The notes below the pieces were generated by a model. The model had not been told where the DNA came from, did not search any database, and was given only the letters and a program-made list of their open reading frames with translations. This document shows, piece by piece, positions 13,140 through 27,847 of a stretch of DNA of 64,000 bases. This DNA comes from Stylophora pistillata. Taxonomy: Eukaryota. The stretch spans positions 215,422 to 279,421 of the forward strand of contig NW_019218013.1 in assembly GCF_002571385.2 (NCBI RefSeq). Direction: 5' to 3'. The stretch's first letter is position 1, and every line of letters starts with the position of its first letter. The position numbers were made by a program, and so were the translations under genes.

Positions 13140-15348
13140 GAATCTTGCCACTCTTATCTGAGCTTAGCTCACTTGTTTTCACGTGGCTTCAAGTTGGGTC
13201 TCTTTTTACGATGCATGTTATTTGGCTTTCAAATTTATAGGGGTTCTTTAATCTGCGGTATTTCGTGCTGTGTGCTGTGAGAAACATTAAATATATATAT
13301 ATATATTTTGCGACACTCCGACGACGAGTTCAAGAGAGAGACCGATAAAAAAAAAATGGTATAAAAACCAAATTGCGAGCTCTATCAGATTTGACGACAA
13401 TATTTGCGAGACCCTTAACCTCACAAGTTTTAATTTTAACAGAACCAGAGATTTAAAGAATTCGCCACGCCTATCTAATAATGTAGTTCGATGACGAGTT
13501 CAAAGAGTAGGATTCTGAAAATTGATCGATAAAGATGACGGGGGTGAAAGTGGAAGCGATAGGGTACCTTGGGGACAAGATCAGCTTGCAAAGCTAAAGT
13601 TTCCGTAGCCCAGCCAGCTAAACACAGGATATTGTGTTTCAGCCATGCAGGAAGACGTCTCGCGGGGCTTGGGCGTGATTCGAAGGAGGTAAAAACAACA
13701 CAGTTTCTGATTTTTTGCTCGCTTGCGCGTGACTCCGCTTAGCTTTCCGGAAAATGATTTTATGGTAGTACCAGATTTGCCATAAGTCTTACGAACTCAT
13801 TGTATTTAAATGGAGAATGTTTCGCTTTTGGAATAATAGTGCAACAACGCACTGAACTGTAAGGCCATAGCAGATGAATATCATAAACGACGGCCTGTCT
13901 TTTGTTTTAACCAAGTTATATGCTTTAGGGTCACAAAGCAAATACAACGAACCGGGATAAATTTTGTTGCTGAACGGCTTGATCGTAGTTAATCATAGTT
14001 AATCGATTAACTATGGCTTGATGAAACAATGGCCCCTGGCCGATTAGCCAGATGCATCGCTTGGAAACCAGGCACTCAGCCAACTCAAGAGCTTATCCGA
14101 TCAACCGGTTCTGACAAAACAAATACATACGGGAAATGGAAGTATTGCTCCATGCAGTGATCACAGCGTTCACAAACTGATGTCCGTAAAAATTTATTCA
14201 ACTTCTTACTTTGTTAAACAAACACCGCGAGAACTAAAATAAAAGTACAAACAAATTACAAATGAGATCGTGTAAATAATCAGATGAAAATACATTTCAT
14301 GAGACTCAAAAGTCACACGGACAAAGGAAAAATAACAATTTACAATTAACGGTACAACGATGTCGTAAGCAACTTTCGCTTAAACTAAATTTTAAGTCTT
14401 AACTTACTTGACAAAACGAGAAAAGTTAAAATTGTACGTCGGGTCTTTCCGTCGGCATGCGGCAGTTCAGCACAGGTACTGCCAGGATCCACATGCAGAA
14501 CTTTCTCTTCTAATTTACAAAACAGAGATTAAATGCCTTTTAAAATATCAGTTTTATACCGAGGGAGAACGCCCTTTTGTGTGGATCGATGTCGTGATAA
14601 CACTATTCACAGAACCATATTTTGGCTCACCAGTCGCCCCAGGGAGGGCTGGGTACTCCTCAGAGTTCTTCCTCTGGAGTTTCCGCCCAGTTCTCCAAAA
14701 CCTGACTCTATAACACTAAAATAAATCAAATTTTTTCAGAATTAGTCTCTGAAATCCATAGCCGCTTTCAGCCCTAGCCTCTCCGAAAATTCTGGAGATA
14801 TTTACGCTTTGTTTCAGCTCGAATCATGCATTCTGGTTACTTATATTTCTCTGTTATTTATCTAAAGTTGAAAAGACAACTCAGAACTCGATACGCTTTT
14901 CTGGTAGAGACACGTCATTTGCGAAAAAAGATCCATTAATGAATTTCAAACGACAATGAAAGAAGATACTGAAATATCCAACTTTTAATCTAATCGAATG
15001 GTGAAGGAATCTATATAAAGGAAATAAAGAGAGAAAACACATGGATCACAATCAGAGCTTGAGGGGCAACACTTGGCGTGAGAGTTTATTTACCTGTTCC
15101 ACGTGGCTGAAAAATAGAGACAGGTATAAGACGTGTGCACAAAATATCACACACCGGCAAAAAGGAGCGCAAAATTGTCAACATTGTTCTTGATACAATG
15201 AATGCTTTGTACAAGGGAGTTACAGTCGACCGTACTGTGTAATTACTAGCATGTTCCAGGCGTCCAGGTGGTAAAAAGAAGCGAATGGAAATGATACTGG
15301 ATCGTCGGTGCAAAACGAAAACGAGGGAGGTATGGGTCGGGTCATAAT

Positions 15349-15725
15349 CTAATCTTTTACCCAGACCTTCCTCGACCAAGTGGTCGATAGTACAGTTAGA
15401 GGAAACTGGGTACGAAGTTAATCAAAACACTCACAGGTATTTTCACTCCTTCGCTACTATAGTGCTGTTCTTACTAATTGAACACCTGGAAAAGGGCTAT
15501 ATTGTTGCTTAAGGTAAGAAATATTCGGTAAATATTTGTTGTCACTGATGGCTTCAAATTACCAAGCAGATATAACAAACAAAGACAAATTCACTCTGAT
15601 GCTTGGACTTCTTTGCAGGTTGGCAGGGGTGGGGTAGGAGGGGGAAAAGAATAATCTTGTACCCAGATCCTAACTGTAACTTACATGTACAACCACTTGG
15701 CTGAGAAGGACCTGGGTATGAGACT
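15349..15725. repeat. Two short MITEs with AATCT(C/T)GTACCCAG-type TIRs (about 15349-15420 and 15652-15725)
   Basis: TAATCTT(T/G)TACCCAGA...CTGGGTA(C/T)GA ends seen in both copies. Confidence 0.5.
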
Positions 15726-16152
15726 GGGAGGGAAGTCACGCTAGCAGAGGCCACTTTGTTGCAATATTGTTGGGGTGAGCATGGGGAAAAACTTTTGTAA
15801 ACAATTCCAGGACAAGATGGCATCCTCGAGTGATGTAGAAAGCATCTAGTCTGCTCTATCAAATGAAACTCTTAAACTCTGGAGATGATGATAAATTTTC
15901 ACCATTTCCTTTCAACCCCCAAACCAGATACAACTCATTTAAATGTCTTTTGTTTGGTCTGTGCATCTTCATCCTTGCTCTGTGGGAATGGGGTGAGTGG
16001 AGAGGGGTCCATAACATTTGTTTTTTCATTTTTTTTTTAATTCTGTCCAATGTGTAGAAAAGTGAAAAACTCTATGCCTCCATAAGCTTGTGTTCTCAGA
16101 ACCCAACCTAGAATTCATCATAAACTGATCAAAAAAGGCATCCTACACCATA

Positions 16153-18257
16153 TCAAAGAGAAGATTTCATGTCTGGATAATCAACAACACCCTCACTGAT
16201 CAGCTGTTGAACTTCTGTGTCTGTATAGCCAATCTCTTGTAAAACTTCTACAGAATGTTCTCCAATCTTTGGCTGAGGCTTTCCTTTACAGCAGCCTGGT
16301 GTCCTGGACAGTTTTGGAGCAGGAGTAGGTTCATATGCTCCATCATTCCAAATAAATGTCTTTCTTTCTTCATTGTGTGGTTCACAAGGTGCCTCATCCA
16401 TCGTAAGAACTGGTGTTACACAAGCGTCAAGATTCTTGAATATTTGCCACCACTCAGACTGAGTCTTTGTTAGGAACACCTTGGTAATTTCCTCTTTAGC
16501 CTTTGGCCACTGTTCTATATCAAACTGAGATGGTAGTTTTTCTTCCAACTGAAGGCCTAAAAAACAATTTATCACTTTCAGTAAAATGCAAAACTTTGAC
16601 CCTTGAAAGCCTTGGAGCAACTACCTCATTGGTAATTAATTTCACTGGTATTTGATTTCGTGTTCATCTGATTCTCTTTGAAATCTTGGCAATTTAATGT
16701 CAGATTCATAAAATAATTTGGATAAATTGTAGATGTTTAGAATACAATTTTGCTCAAAAATGGCCTCTGCTTGTTTGCACAACCAATTATTTGATTCAAT
16801 TGAATTGAATGACCAATCCCAGCATTTAAAATGTTTTTTCAATTTAAATTTACAAACAGATGGTGCAAAGAACAAATATTGATGACAAACCCTCAATAAG
16901 ATTTCGATAAAACTTGGACTCAATGGCTCCAACAGCCATGTATCTTCCATCAGATGTTGGATATGTATCGTAAAAAGGTGCCCCAGAATCCAACAAGTTC
17001 CTGCCTCGCTCAGGATGTTGCCAGATGAATCCCATATCAAGACTCTTGTAAATAAAAGACCCTAGATAGGCTGCACCATCAACCTTCGAAAAAGTCAAAG
17101 AAAAAAGAGACAAAGTCAGTCATAAACAAAAGAAATATTTAAAAAATGACATAGTACAAAAAATAAACATTGCTCCATGGGAGTAACATGTTAACCACAA
17201 CTGGGAGTTGAAGGGTCAGCAGAAATCAACTAGCACAGTTCTCCCTTTCATCTTGTTGACAGAAATATAAAATAAACATGACATTACCATAGAGGCATCA
17301 ATAACTTGGCCTGCTCCAGACCTGGATCTCTCAAACAAAGCTATCAAAATTCCCAAAGCACAAGACAGTCCTCCACCAGCAAAATCTGCTAGAAGGTTGA
17401 TGGGTGCAGTGGGTTTCTCAGCCTTGCGTCCAAGCTTTGATAAAAGCCCAGTTTGGGAAACATAGTTTATGTCATGACCTGCTCTCTTAGCATGACATCC
17501 TGTCTGGCCATAACCTTTAAATCATAAATAATTTTGCAATTTGCTTTTAAGCAGATGATTTTAAAAATTAAACCCTTATTATGAACCTCTATTCACCTCC
17601 ACTTCGGTAAATAAACGGACATTATGGACCTAGACCTTTCAGAGCACCTCTATGAACATACAAGTCTGTCTCTTGTTTTGTAACAACAGTAAAATACTCT
17701 CTCAACTTGAGTCAACTTTAAAATTTGTAAGTGGACTAACAATGGATGCAAGGCTAGCAAATTTACCAAGCTTGTTGCTTCTTCGACTTCGTCTCGGTCC
17801 ATAAAATCGCTAACAGAGGACTCGGCCAATACCCAGCCAACCTGACCGTACAACATCGGTCAATAAAAGATTTATCGACAGGATTTTATTATAAAGGATT
17901 TATTACTGACTCAACTTTAGAAAAAATACCTGTCAATCGAGCGTAAATTAATCTTGGATTATCTTTCAACAATATCTCTGGTCCTAAGCCCAATCGCTCC
18001 ATAACTCCAGGTCTAAAAGGCTCGATCAAAACATCGGATTTCAAGCACATCTTTCGTACGATGGCGATACCTTTAGGAGTCTGCAAGTCTACAGATATGG
18101 ATCTCTTTCCCCGAGCAAGTGTATCAGTAGTGGACATAGTTCTTACTTTGTCTATTCGCGTTACTAACGCACCAAAATCAGCTAGAATCATCCCGCAAAA
18201 CGGAGCAGGAGCAAGTCCAGCCAGTTCAACAACTCGAATGCCAGCAAGAGCCGCCAT
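16153..18257 (-). CDS. AMACR: Alpha-methylacyl-CoA racemase (CaiB/BaiF CoA-transferase III family), about 383 aa, 4 exons
   Basis: Exons 18257-17930, 17514-17288, 17083-16891, 16556-16153. Motifs [72 protein letters not shown]; C-terminal KSSL is PTS1-like. Confidence 0.96.
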
Positions 18258-18367
18258 CTTGAAAACTAGGGGATTCGTCCGGGTGGCCCGGGGTTGGGGG
18301 GAGGGTAGTAGTAGTAGTTAGCACAGGGAGGCCATACAATCTGTGTAACTGACCTTTGTTTTATAAA

Positions 18368-18760
18368 TAGGGACCTTAAGCAACCACGACGGCGACGGCA
18401 ACGAGGACGTGGAAAAACAAGAGATTTAATGGGCAGAACAGAATAGCGCAGCACGTGCATTTTGAACAGAATAGCGCAGCACGTGCATTTTGAAACTTTG
18501 TACATTTCTTAGCCGTCCTATGCAAAACAACAACGTGAAATCGCCAAAATCTGATTTGGGTCGTCTGCTAACCGAAACCGGGACGGCAAATTATTTTAAT
18601 TTGCATTTGGAACTCAACGCTACTTTTATACGGCATGCTGAAGTTGAGCTGTGGTACCGTATGAGACAGTAAGCTCCTGCAGCCATTTTTGAAATTCTAA
18701 GGGTAGAAATTCATTTGTTTTCTTCCTTGGCGTTGCCGTCCTGACTGCTTAAGGTCCCTA
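18368..18760. mobile_element. MITE with TA ends and TIRs AGGGACCTTAAGCA
   Basis: TAGGGACCTTAAGCA...TGCTTAAGGTCCCTA; internal 29-bp tandem duplication at about 18436-18493. Confidence 0.8.
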
Positions 18761-18763
18761 ATC

Positions 18764-18987
18764 TACCAGATTTACCGTTTGCTCACCCAGAGTGATATAT
18801 TGCTGATTATGTACATCAATAATTGATAAATAAACGTTGAATTACTTTACCTGTGGTGCATAGTCGTTCTTTTGCAAAAGGACGACAATGCACCACAATG
18901 CACGACAATGCAACGTTTATTTATCAATGATTTATGTACATAATCAGCAATATATCACTCTAGGTGAGGCAAACGGTAAATCTGGTA
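18764..18987. mobile_element. Foldback MITE with about 75-bp TIRs
   Basis: TACCAGATTTACCGTTTG..AAACGTTG / CAACGTTT..CAAACGGTAAATCTGGTA. Confidence 0.8.
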
Positions 18988-21196
18988 CATTCTCTAAAAA
19001 ACAACGGTCGGCTACATACACAAACAGATTGTATGGGATTCCTGTGGTGTAACCCCACTTAGCTACAAGCTACTTTCCAGGAGGCCCACAACAAAATATT
19101 CAGTAAGAATTACAAACTACATTAAGAATTATGTACATTAAGTAGAATATTATTACAAAAAAAAAAAAAAAAGGGTAGGAGGATTTTGGTTGTGTCACAA
19201 GAATATTACTAGACCCCCCATAAGGCTCTGTAGTATTCCAATAATCCTCCTCTAAATCTCTTAAGTTCCCTCCTTCAAACTCTGTTCGAGACGAATGATC
19301 GCCCCTCCTTTCCCCTGAAAACTATGTGACCTTCAAAATCATCCAACCACCGGCGACAGGCGAGAAAAATGAAGACCATTCCCTTGCAACCACTTTTTTG
19401 GGTTTCGTGTTGCAAGTAGGGTTAGTATGAAAAATTATGCAAAAATATCCGAAATCAAAGAGAGAAAAAGAGCCCATGGGCGATTATTTTTTTAAGGTTA
19501 CCCAAAGAAAAATGTCGCGCGATTATCAATCAATATGCGTGTTCCGTCCTTCCTTTTCAATTAGGCATCTGTCAGATCGGAAAAAGGAGGATATTTTTTT
19601 TTATCTTAAATATGTTTACTCCAACTTGGACATCGAGAGTGATTTTGAGACCTACTTTGCTTCTTTGAAAACTTTCATTTATTGTATTTGATAGAATTTG
19701 TACAGATAAATTCTGATTTACACCGAAGCTCGCTGACATAGTGACATATGGTCTTTCATAGCCAACGATAGAAACTCTCTATGAGGGGAGGGTGGGAATA
19801 AACCAGATTTCGATTGCAGTCGAGAACTCAGATGGATTTGACGTAAGTCAGACAAGGATAATTAAGAAGGAATCGAAAATATCTATTGAAGATCAGGAAA
19901 TGAGATTTATACCCCCTACTACCGCTCTTTCGAGAAAGTTCTACCTAAAGTAATGACTCTATGAAGATATCACGCCAGATTTCGAGAGGAGTGATTCAAT
20001 TCTTTAACCAAGACTACAGGGAAGCTATCGGAGTTTTTCAGAGATCATGTCATGACTTGGAAAAAAATGAAAAATGATAATGATACGAGAAACGGAAAAA
20101 AAGAAAGACAGTAGTGGTTCACTAATAAAAGTACTTCTAACGTAATTACACGCAGAGAACCTTCGTTCGCAGCTAAAACATTTGTTGAATCAGCGAGAAA
20201 ATGACAGAATTTACAAGAGCTATATGATAAGACTGTCATATCTAAGTTCCAAGCCTGTCGCTCCTTTGAAGTGAACATAAGCATCAGAGCATATGAAAGA
20301 ATGTTTTGATTATTCACAGTTGAGTGCAAAAGCGTCTAAATCCCCTTGATCAAGAGCTTTTCAAAATGACTGTGTTTGTTTGTTCAGCTTTAATTTGAGT
20401 TAAAATCTGGGAACATTTTTGACATAACAAAATCACTACTACTGCACTAGATCTCAGAGACGAAGGTGCAGATCTCTGAGGGTTTTTCTCGTGTTGTTAT
20501 TTTTATCGCCATTTATGTCTAAAGATAGGCGAATGATCGCGTTCGAGAAATAAATTGTCCGTTGCCATGTAATTCACACCACGTCGACCGAAAGGTGCTA
20601 ATAAAGAGAAAGAAAAAAGTCGTTTTGGCATAGTGCTCGCAAGTTTAGTCTGATATGTCGTTGTAATATTAGCTTTTACTACTGGCTTGTTATCTTTGCT
20701 TCTATATAGTTCTTTTCCGGTCAGCATAGGACACTGTGCAAAATTATCGAGGCGTGGAAAACCTTACTCTTGTCGGTTCTTTTGTTATGGTTGCCGGTGA
20801 AACTATGCGATTAGCCAATGAGAGGCCTTGAAATGATTTATTTATGTCTCAATGAGCTTGAACTGGAGTCAAGAAATTTAAACAAGAAAAAGCACGGTTA
20901 ATAGGATGCTCTCGTGGCCGGGAAAGATGGGAGAAATCAAAGTGCAAGAGAGATAGCCGTCCAAATATTTCGTTCCCTCGGAGACGCAATGCTGGAGCAA
21001 ATATTCAAGAATTTTGCACGTGTATGGTGACGTAAAGATATAGCAAACATGGCTGGCACTGAGAAAGCGAACTTCTTGAAATCTTTACTGTTCACTAAAA
21101 TGTTCGGCGCCTGGTCCTTTATACCTTCGTAGAGTGTAAGACTGCTAAAACATTTATCCATTTCAATAGTTTAGAAGGATTTTTGTTTTGCCCGCC

Positions 21197-24151
21197 ATGA
21201 AATCAAGGCACATGAGTATCAGAGGAGTTGTTACGATGTTTGGCGGGTTGATTTTGGGCTTCACTGTGGCATTGTTCCTCAGGCAAAATCTTCTGCCTGT
21301 CCAGTCTCGGCGTTGCCATATGAACTTTGTTAGAGACGTACGGCCGAGTACATTGTCCAAAGAGCTTAACTCCAGGCATTTGATCTTTATTGGAGTTATG
21401 ACGGCCGAGAAGTTTCTTGATTCGCGAGCGAAAGCAGTTTATGAGACGTGGGGTCGGAAAGTCCCGGGCAAGTTAGAGTTCTTCTCAAGCGGCACGTCCC
21501 AGACTAAGATGGAGCTACCCGTTGTGAGTTTACCCGGTGTGGACGATTCTTACCCTCCTCAGCGAAAGTCCATGATGATGTTGAAGTATATGCATGACAA
21601 CTATATCGACCAGTATGAATGGTTTATGCGTTCGGACGACGATGTTTACATTAGAACTGAGAAACTTGCAAGCTTTCTTTGGTCGCTAAATAGTTCTCAG
21701 GACATTTATCTTGGCCAAGCTGGAACAGGGGCGAAAGACGAAAAAGGCCTGCTTGGTTTGGGCTCTGGAGATAATTTTTGTATGGGTGGCCCTGGAGTCA
21801 TAATAAGCAGGAGCGTTCTGAAGAAGGTTGTGCCTCATATCGAATATTGTTTGAAACATTTACTCACATCGCACGAAGATGTGGAGGTTGGGCGATGCAT
21901 TAAACGCTTTGTGGGAATTCCATGCACTTGGTCTTTTGAGGTAAGGTTCTTCTATTAATTTATTATTACCATATAAAGGTTGCGTCGGTAGAGTGGGATG
22001 AACTAACGTGATAAAGATTGCGGCGGAATTTATTTCAACATATTGATTGCTGAGCATCCAAGATGTAAAAGAGATTAGAGATTAGCGGGGAAACGGGCCA
22101 TTAACGGGAGAGGAGTGCAAGGCAGTTGCTTAATCAAACTGAGGGTCACTTAATGCTCAAATGAGTAAGTAAATGTTTTTCCAATCAGTGTTTTTCTTGG
22201 AGGAGGTGTGGAACAGGACATTGTTAATGTTATTTATGGTGTGACAGTAAAACATGTCTGATGCAAGAAGTCCAAGTTCCTGCATTCCTTGTTTTCTTCT
22301 GTTAACACCTCCTTTCTCTTCTCATTCCATTTACAGTTGATCTCTTTTTATTACAAATGTCCTATGGTCTATAGAGATGCTCTCACTCCAAATTGGTCTG
22401 AGAAGACATTGACACAATTATTCCTATGATTACCCTTTGACATTGAACACAATTATGATGATGATGATGTTTTTATTCAAAATGATGAAATTTTTTTGGT
22501 GGGATAAATCATACTACTGTCTCATTTTAAATTGTTACTCTGATAGTTTTGTCAATGAGAAATACAGCCTATTTTTGGATAATTCCCTGAATGCTAGGCA
22601 GATAAGTCCAGGTTTTTAGATCTGACCAAAGTAATTGTGTAGAGTTCCTTGTAAAGGATTCAATCTCTTACTGAGAATTCTCTTTTCTTAAAAATTAGAA
22701 TTCAACATAAGTACCCTTGAATTTTTAGAGCCCCAATCTACAGTGCTTTAGAATTTGTGTAGCTTTTCAAAATGCATGGTCCTGGTAACACCCCCCCCCC
22801 CCCTAGATTCCCCACATGTCCGAAGGCAACTTGTCAGGGCTTATGCCGTTTTGCAATATCAATGCATCAGTTTATCCATCACAAATTTGATAAGATTATC
22901 ATGAACTACAGCAAGTACTAAGTATACTGAAATCATGGTATACACTGATGTAGCAGTCTTGAATCAATAGCAACTATTTTTATGCTTCAGTTTCTTGCGA
23001 GTTACCCAAAAGATATGTTTTTCTTTTTTGCCAAATTCTATTTGTGGAAGATATTATAAAGTATTGTTTATAGAGGCCCTTTGTATATTTGTGTTGGCGC
23101 TGCATATGGATTGCTGTAGAATAGAAAGTTGACTTTGTATAGCTTGACCTTTGTAGTTTATATGGTAATACATGTAGTTGCTCTAAAAGATCATATTTTT
23201 CAATGAATTAATTAATTGCCTAGTTTGAGCCCTGAATTACTTTTAAGTGATGTACAGTTCAGAATTATCAATGGTTTTTGTGTTGGCTGGGCTCTTCCTA
23301 TCTTCATAGCTGAGAGTCTGGGACTAAGGATGTAGACATCAGCTCACTCGATCTTATTCTTTCACATGCAATGGTCATGCATTCTGGAAGTTACTTCTGT
23401 TCACTTTTTGATATCAGTTGATAATTTCATACTTTTGAAACATTCATATAACCCCTTTTAAAAACCTAAGCAATATCAATATTAGAGGATGTTGGTTAAA
23501 ATATTGCATGAAAAATTTAGGGCTAATATTTTTCTCTTTTTTTTGTGAATGTGTGGGGAGAGAGAGAGGGGTTTGCTTTTACTTTAAATTTGTAAGAATA
23601 ATTTCATGTTTTTCCAGCTGCTCAGCTGTTTTCCTCTCAAATTGATTATTTACTCAAAGATGTAGAAATAGCACTTTTGTAGTTCAAATATTCAGACATT
23701 TTTTTAAGAAAGGTATTGTTTGTTTGGCTCTGTTGTCTATTAGATAAATAACTTTTTTTATTTTTCAGTTTATTTTACCTTCACAATGGTATATCACAAA
23801 TTCCCAATCGTCATTAACTATTCAAAGTTTTTTTTCATACACTTGTTTTCCCATAGCAACACTTCCAGCCCTTAATTTGGGAGTTTTGGAACCCTTATAT
23901 TTCTTATATCATTGCAAGTGGTCTAAGAATATTATTCTCCTTGAGTGGTTATTGAAAAAGCTTATTTATAGGGTCAGAGCCACTTTGTAAAAAAAAATGA
24001 ATATTTTAAATTTATTGAGCATGGTTTTATTAAGGTGCCGGGACATAGAAGATAGTAATTTTTTTCCCAATCATGTTTTTGCTATAACCTTTGAGGATGG
24101 TGTGTATCAAAAACGTAGATATTGGGCAAATATGTAACGTGTTTGTATCAG

Positions 24152-24192
<41 letters not shown>

Positions 24193-27100
24193 TTTTTTAA
24201 TGCATGTTCCTTTTTGATCAATATCTTGAATTCAGAGTGTTTTCTTTACTCATGGTATCAAATTTACTTACTTTTTCATGGCTACAACAAAATTTGTTTG
24301 AAACTAAACTGTGAATTTTTGAAATAAGGCGAATTATTTTCTAGTATTGGCTAAAAGATAAAGGTTGGTACTTCAAACCACGTGCCGTGCTGCGAAAGAT
24401 CAAAGGTCGTTTCTGGGAATTACAAGCGTTTCACATTGAATTGCATGACAAAGGACAAAGCTTGTGATCAGCGGACAAAGACTTGAACCGAAGGGATTAA
24501 TGAACATTAGTAAACAGCATCAGAATAAATGTTATGGGGTAAACTAATGAGCTACCGAGTAAATTCAGCTTTCATTCTCAAGCCATTTGCTCCTTAGTTC
24601 CGCCATGGTCGTCTACAATTTGTAAATAAATCTAAATTCTGCTGTGGGTAATTCAATTTAACTTTCCAACAACTCAAGCACTTGTTATTTTTTAGGAACG
24701 CAATGACGATATGTACCAAACAAATTAACCCTGGAAGCTTCATTAAAATACCAACTTAAAGCAATTTTACTGTAATGAAACAGAAGGATTATCTATTGTA
24801 ACGGTCTTCAGTGTTTCCAGAACTGTCCCTTGGTGATAACTTTATGTTGTATTCGTCAACCTTTGTACCAACAGTCAATATGGTTTTGCGCGTAACACTA
24901 TTCAGCATAACTTAATTTCCTCAAGTCTTGCTAGGAAAAAATTCTGACGAAACGTTATTCAACCTTTTCCATCCCTATTTGAAAATGCCAAAACAATTGG
25001 AAACGTCCTTTGTGTAGTTTTTAGTTCGTGTTTGAAAACTTCTCAATTTGACGAACTTAGTTACATATATTGATTCCATGTTTATCCGAGTTACAACTCG
25101 AAAAAACAATAAACAATAGCATACATGTGAATACGTGAGCTCTCGCAGGTTACTTCTTCCCAGATTTCTGGTGAAAGGATCGGGTTTCAACAAAATCATT
25201 CGGAAATCGTTTTATCCCTTCTAGGGGCCCGACCATTTAACTTTTGAGGGGGGGTGGGTGATTTTGAAAAATAATTTCCTGCAAGCGCTTGTTGGAAGAA
25301 AAAAATTGCATGCAGCCCAAATGTAACAGAAAAAATGTACCATAAAGTCGAAAAAAATACCCTGCACAACAGATTGCTAGAAAAAAAATTTCTTGATGAC
25401 CAGAAATCTCCCACCCCCCCTTCAAAAGTTAAATGGTCGGCCGCTTAGACGGTCGTGTTCCCTCTGCCGTTCATTAACGTCAATTTTAGCAACGATATTT
25501 TTACAGATTGAAGCATGAGAAACGTGCTAGTTTACCAAGTGTATGTTTTGTATTCACCTCACTAATTATAAGCCACAAATGAATATCATTCCATCAAGAA
25601 CTTACTTTTGATGGAATCTTTTTGTTTTCATTCTTTTTTGGCCTCATCCATTATTATTGTCCTTGATTCAGTCTTTCACTGGCCTCAATGGAAGAAACAG
25701 TTTCTTGAAAAACGTGTTCTTAACACTGCCAATCATCGTTCGAGTATAAATTTCTTGCGAACTGGACATGAAGCATGATTTTTAGCCAGGCTTGAAAGAG
25801 CATAGAACACCGTGGGTCTCTCAACCCTTGTCAGGGGCCTTTGTCCTACCAAGCAATACGAGATTGGCTCTTTTATTCCGACCTTTGTATCAGCCTTTGA
25901 AATAATTATTTGTTGTGAAATTGTAGAAGACACCTACTGGTCAATTTGATGGTTGAAATATAGTGCAGGTAGGAACTCTATTTTGTGGGACCTCTATTCT
26001 GTGGGACACCCTCGGGATGAGTAAAAGTGTTTCGAGGTGTCTTTTGATTTAGGGTAATAGATTCATAGGTTTTGAGGGCATTTTTTCACTTTTTACGGGT
26101 TGGACAAATTTTGCGTCCCCTTCTTGCTAGTTCCAGGCATTCAGTTGGTAAAACGAACCGCGAGTTGCTTGACCTGACCCAAACCTCCCTCGCTTTTGCT
26201 CTGCTGCTCTATGCGCCGTTTATTATTTCACTGCGTTTTACTGGCCTGGAACTGGCTACTTCCTCTTTGATAAAGTGTCTTCTGATAATGAGCGTTTCTC
26301 CCATAGAGATATTCTCTTGTTGTCTGAAAACGTTGAGTTAAGATAAAGTGTTGCAATTTTTTTCCGTTTTGACGTTAAATTTGAACTTATTTTTTTTATA
26401 GATGCAAGCTCTGTTCTACCACAACCAAAGCAAGACACAGGCATTTCATGGTAACCTGGACACAAAGTCGGTACGTAAAGCTATCACCCTTCACCCGGTA
26501 AAACAGCCGTCGTACATGTACCGTTTGCAAGTACATTTCATGTCCATGCGCATTCAAGAACTTCAGCACCAAGCAATTAAGCTGCAAAGAGTCCTCAAGA
26601 ACATGGATCTGTTGCTGAACTCCACGATCAGTTCACTATCAACTGAAGAAAAAACTAGCCTCCAAGGCGTGAGAGATTTTCATCACCAACTTAGTTCAAG
26701 ATACCATGAACCTTGGGACATGTTCACGGCGCAAAAGTTCTACTCCGAAGTCACGCTTCAGCCGCCTGAGACGGGCATGCGCGATCCGTGGAAAGACGGG
26801 CTTAATCACGTGCTTGGGCAGACAATGGGATTAATCAATGAGGAAGCAAAGCGAGTTCTTCACCGCAGCCTTGAATTTAAAAAACTTAATCCCGGATACA
26901 TACGAGTACATCCGCTATACGGCGCACAGTACCTCATGGATATGCTCATGAAGTATCACCGGCACATTGGACACAACAGGAGGCGCATGACGGTTCACGT
27001 GCGTCACCACGCCTTTTTACAATTACCCTTTGGCAACATGGTCTACCGAGCCGAGTCCTTTGGAAAAGAGGTCCCCTCGGTACATTTTATCCTCCCCCTA

Positions 27101-27847
27101 ACCGGTCGCATTGGAACGTTCCGCCGTTTTATGAAGAATTTTGAAGACGTCTGCCTAAAACGACGAGAGAACGCAAAACTTCTGGTGGTATATTTCCCCT
27201 CCGTGACTTCTGCGCGTGAGCACAAAACCGTAATGAAAGATTACCAAACGAGATATCCCGAGGCAGATCTATTGTGGCTGGAGGCTATAGGAGATTTTTC
27301 ACGCGGCCTTGCTCTTTCTCTCGGGGCGAACCAGTTTGACCAAAGTGCTTTATTGTTCTTCTGCGACGTCGATTTGGTTTTTAACGCTGAGTTTCTGTAT
27401 CGCGCTCGTACGAACACGATACTCGGTCAACAAGTGTATTACCCTATGGTATTCAGTCAGTTTGATCCAGAGATCACATACCCCAACCGTACAGCTCCCA
27501 ACAACCAGTTCACAGTGAACAGGGACGCGGGATTCTGGCGAGCTTATGCGTTCGGCATAGTCGCTGTTTACAACCACGATTTACGAGTTGTTGGGGGGTT
27601 TGACACAACAATTCAGGGCTGGGGGCTGGAAGATGTGGATTTGTACGAGAAGTTTGTTAGGCATCAAGACATTAGCGTGTTCCGTGCGGCGGATCCTGGC
27701 CTGGTACACGTATACCATCCAGTCATCTGCGATCCTAAGCTTGTAGACCGACAATATGCTATGTGCCAGGGTTCGAAAGCGTCCGGTTTTGGCTCAGAGA
27801 AGTCGTTAGTCCGTCATATGTTGTCAAAAGGTTATATAAATAGATAG
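21197..27847 (+). CDS. CHSY1: Chondroitin sulfate synthase 1-like (bifunctional glycosyltransferase), about 729 aa, 2 exons
   Basis: Exons 21197-21940 and 26402-27847, junction WSFE|MQALFY. N-terminal type II TM; motifs GVDDSYPPQRKS, WFMRSDDDVY, FCMGGPG, HEDVEVGRC, FSRG, FFCDVD, GWGLEDVDL. Confidence 0.95.
24155..24191. repeat. (TG)n microsatellite
   Basis: Direct read of the sequence. Confidence 0.95.
25222..25447. mobile_element. MITE with about 40-bp TIRs (CHSY1 intron)
   Basis: GGCCCGACCATTTAACTTTTGAGGGGGGTGGG.. / ..CCCACCCCCCCTTCAAAAGTTAAATGGTCGGCC. Confidence 0.75.

Noticed and set aside
12100-15500. Several 60-100 aa ORFs between RYK and AMACR
   Set aside because: No recognisable domains or consistent splice chain, and the region contains repeat fragments; a lncRNA cannot be excluded.
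24940-24960. CTGACGAAAC resembling a hammerhead core
   Set aside because: There is no helix II between CUGANGA and GAAA.
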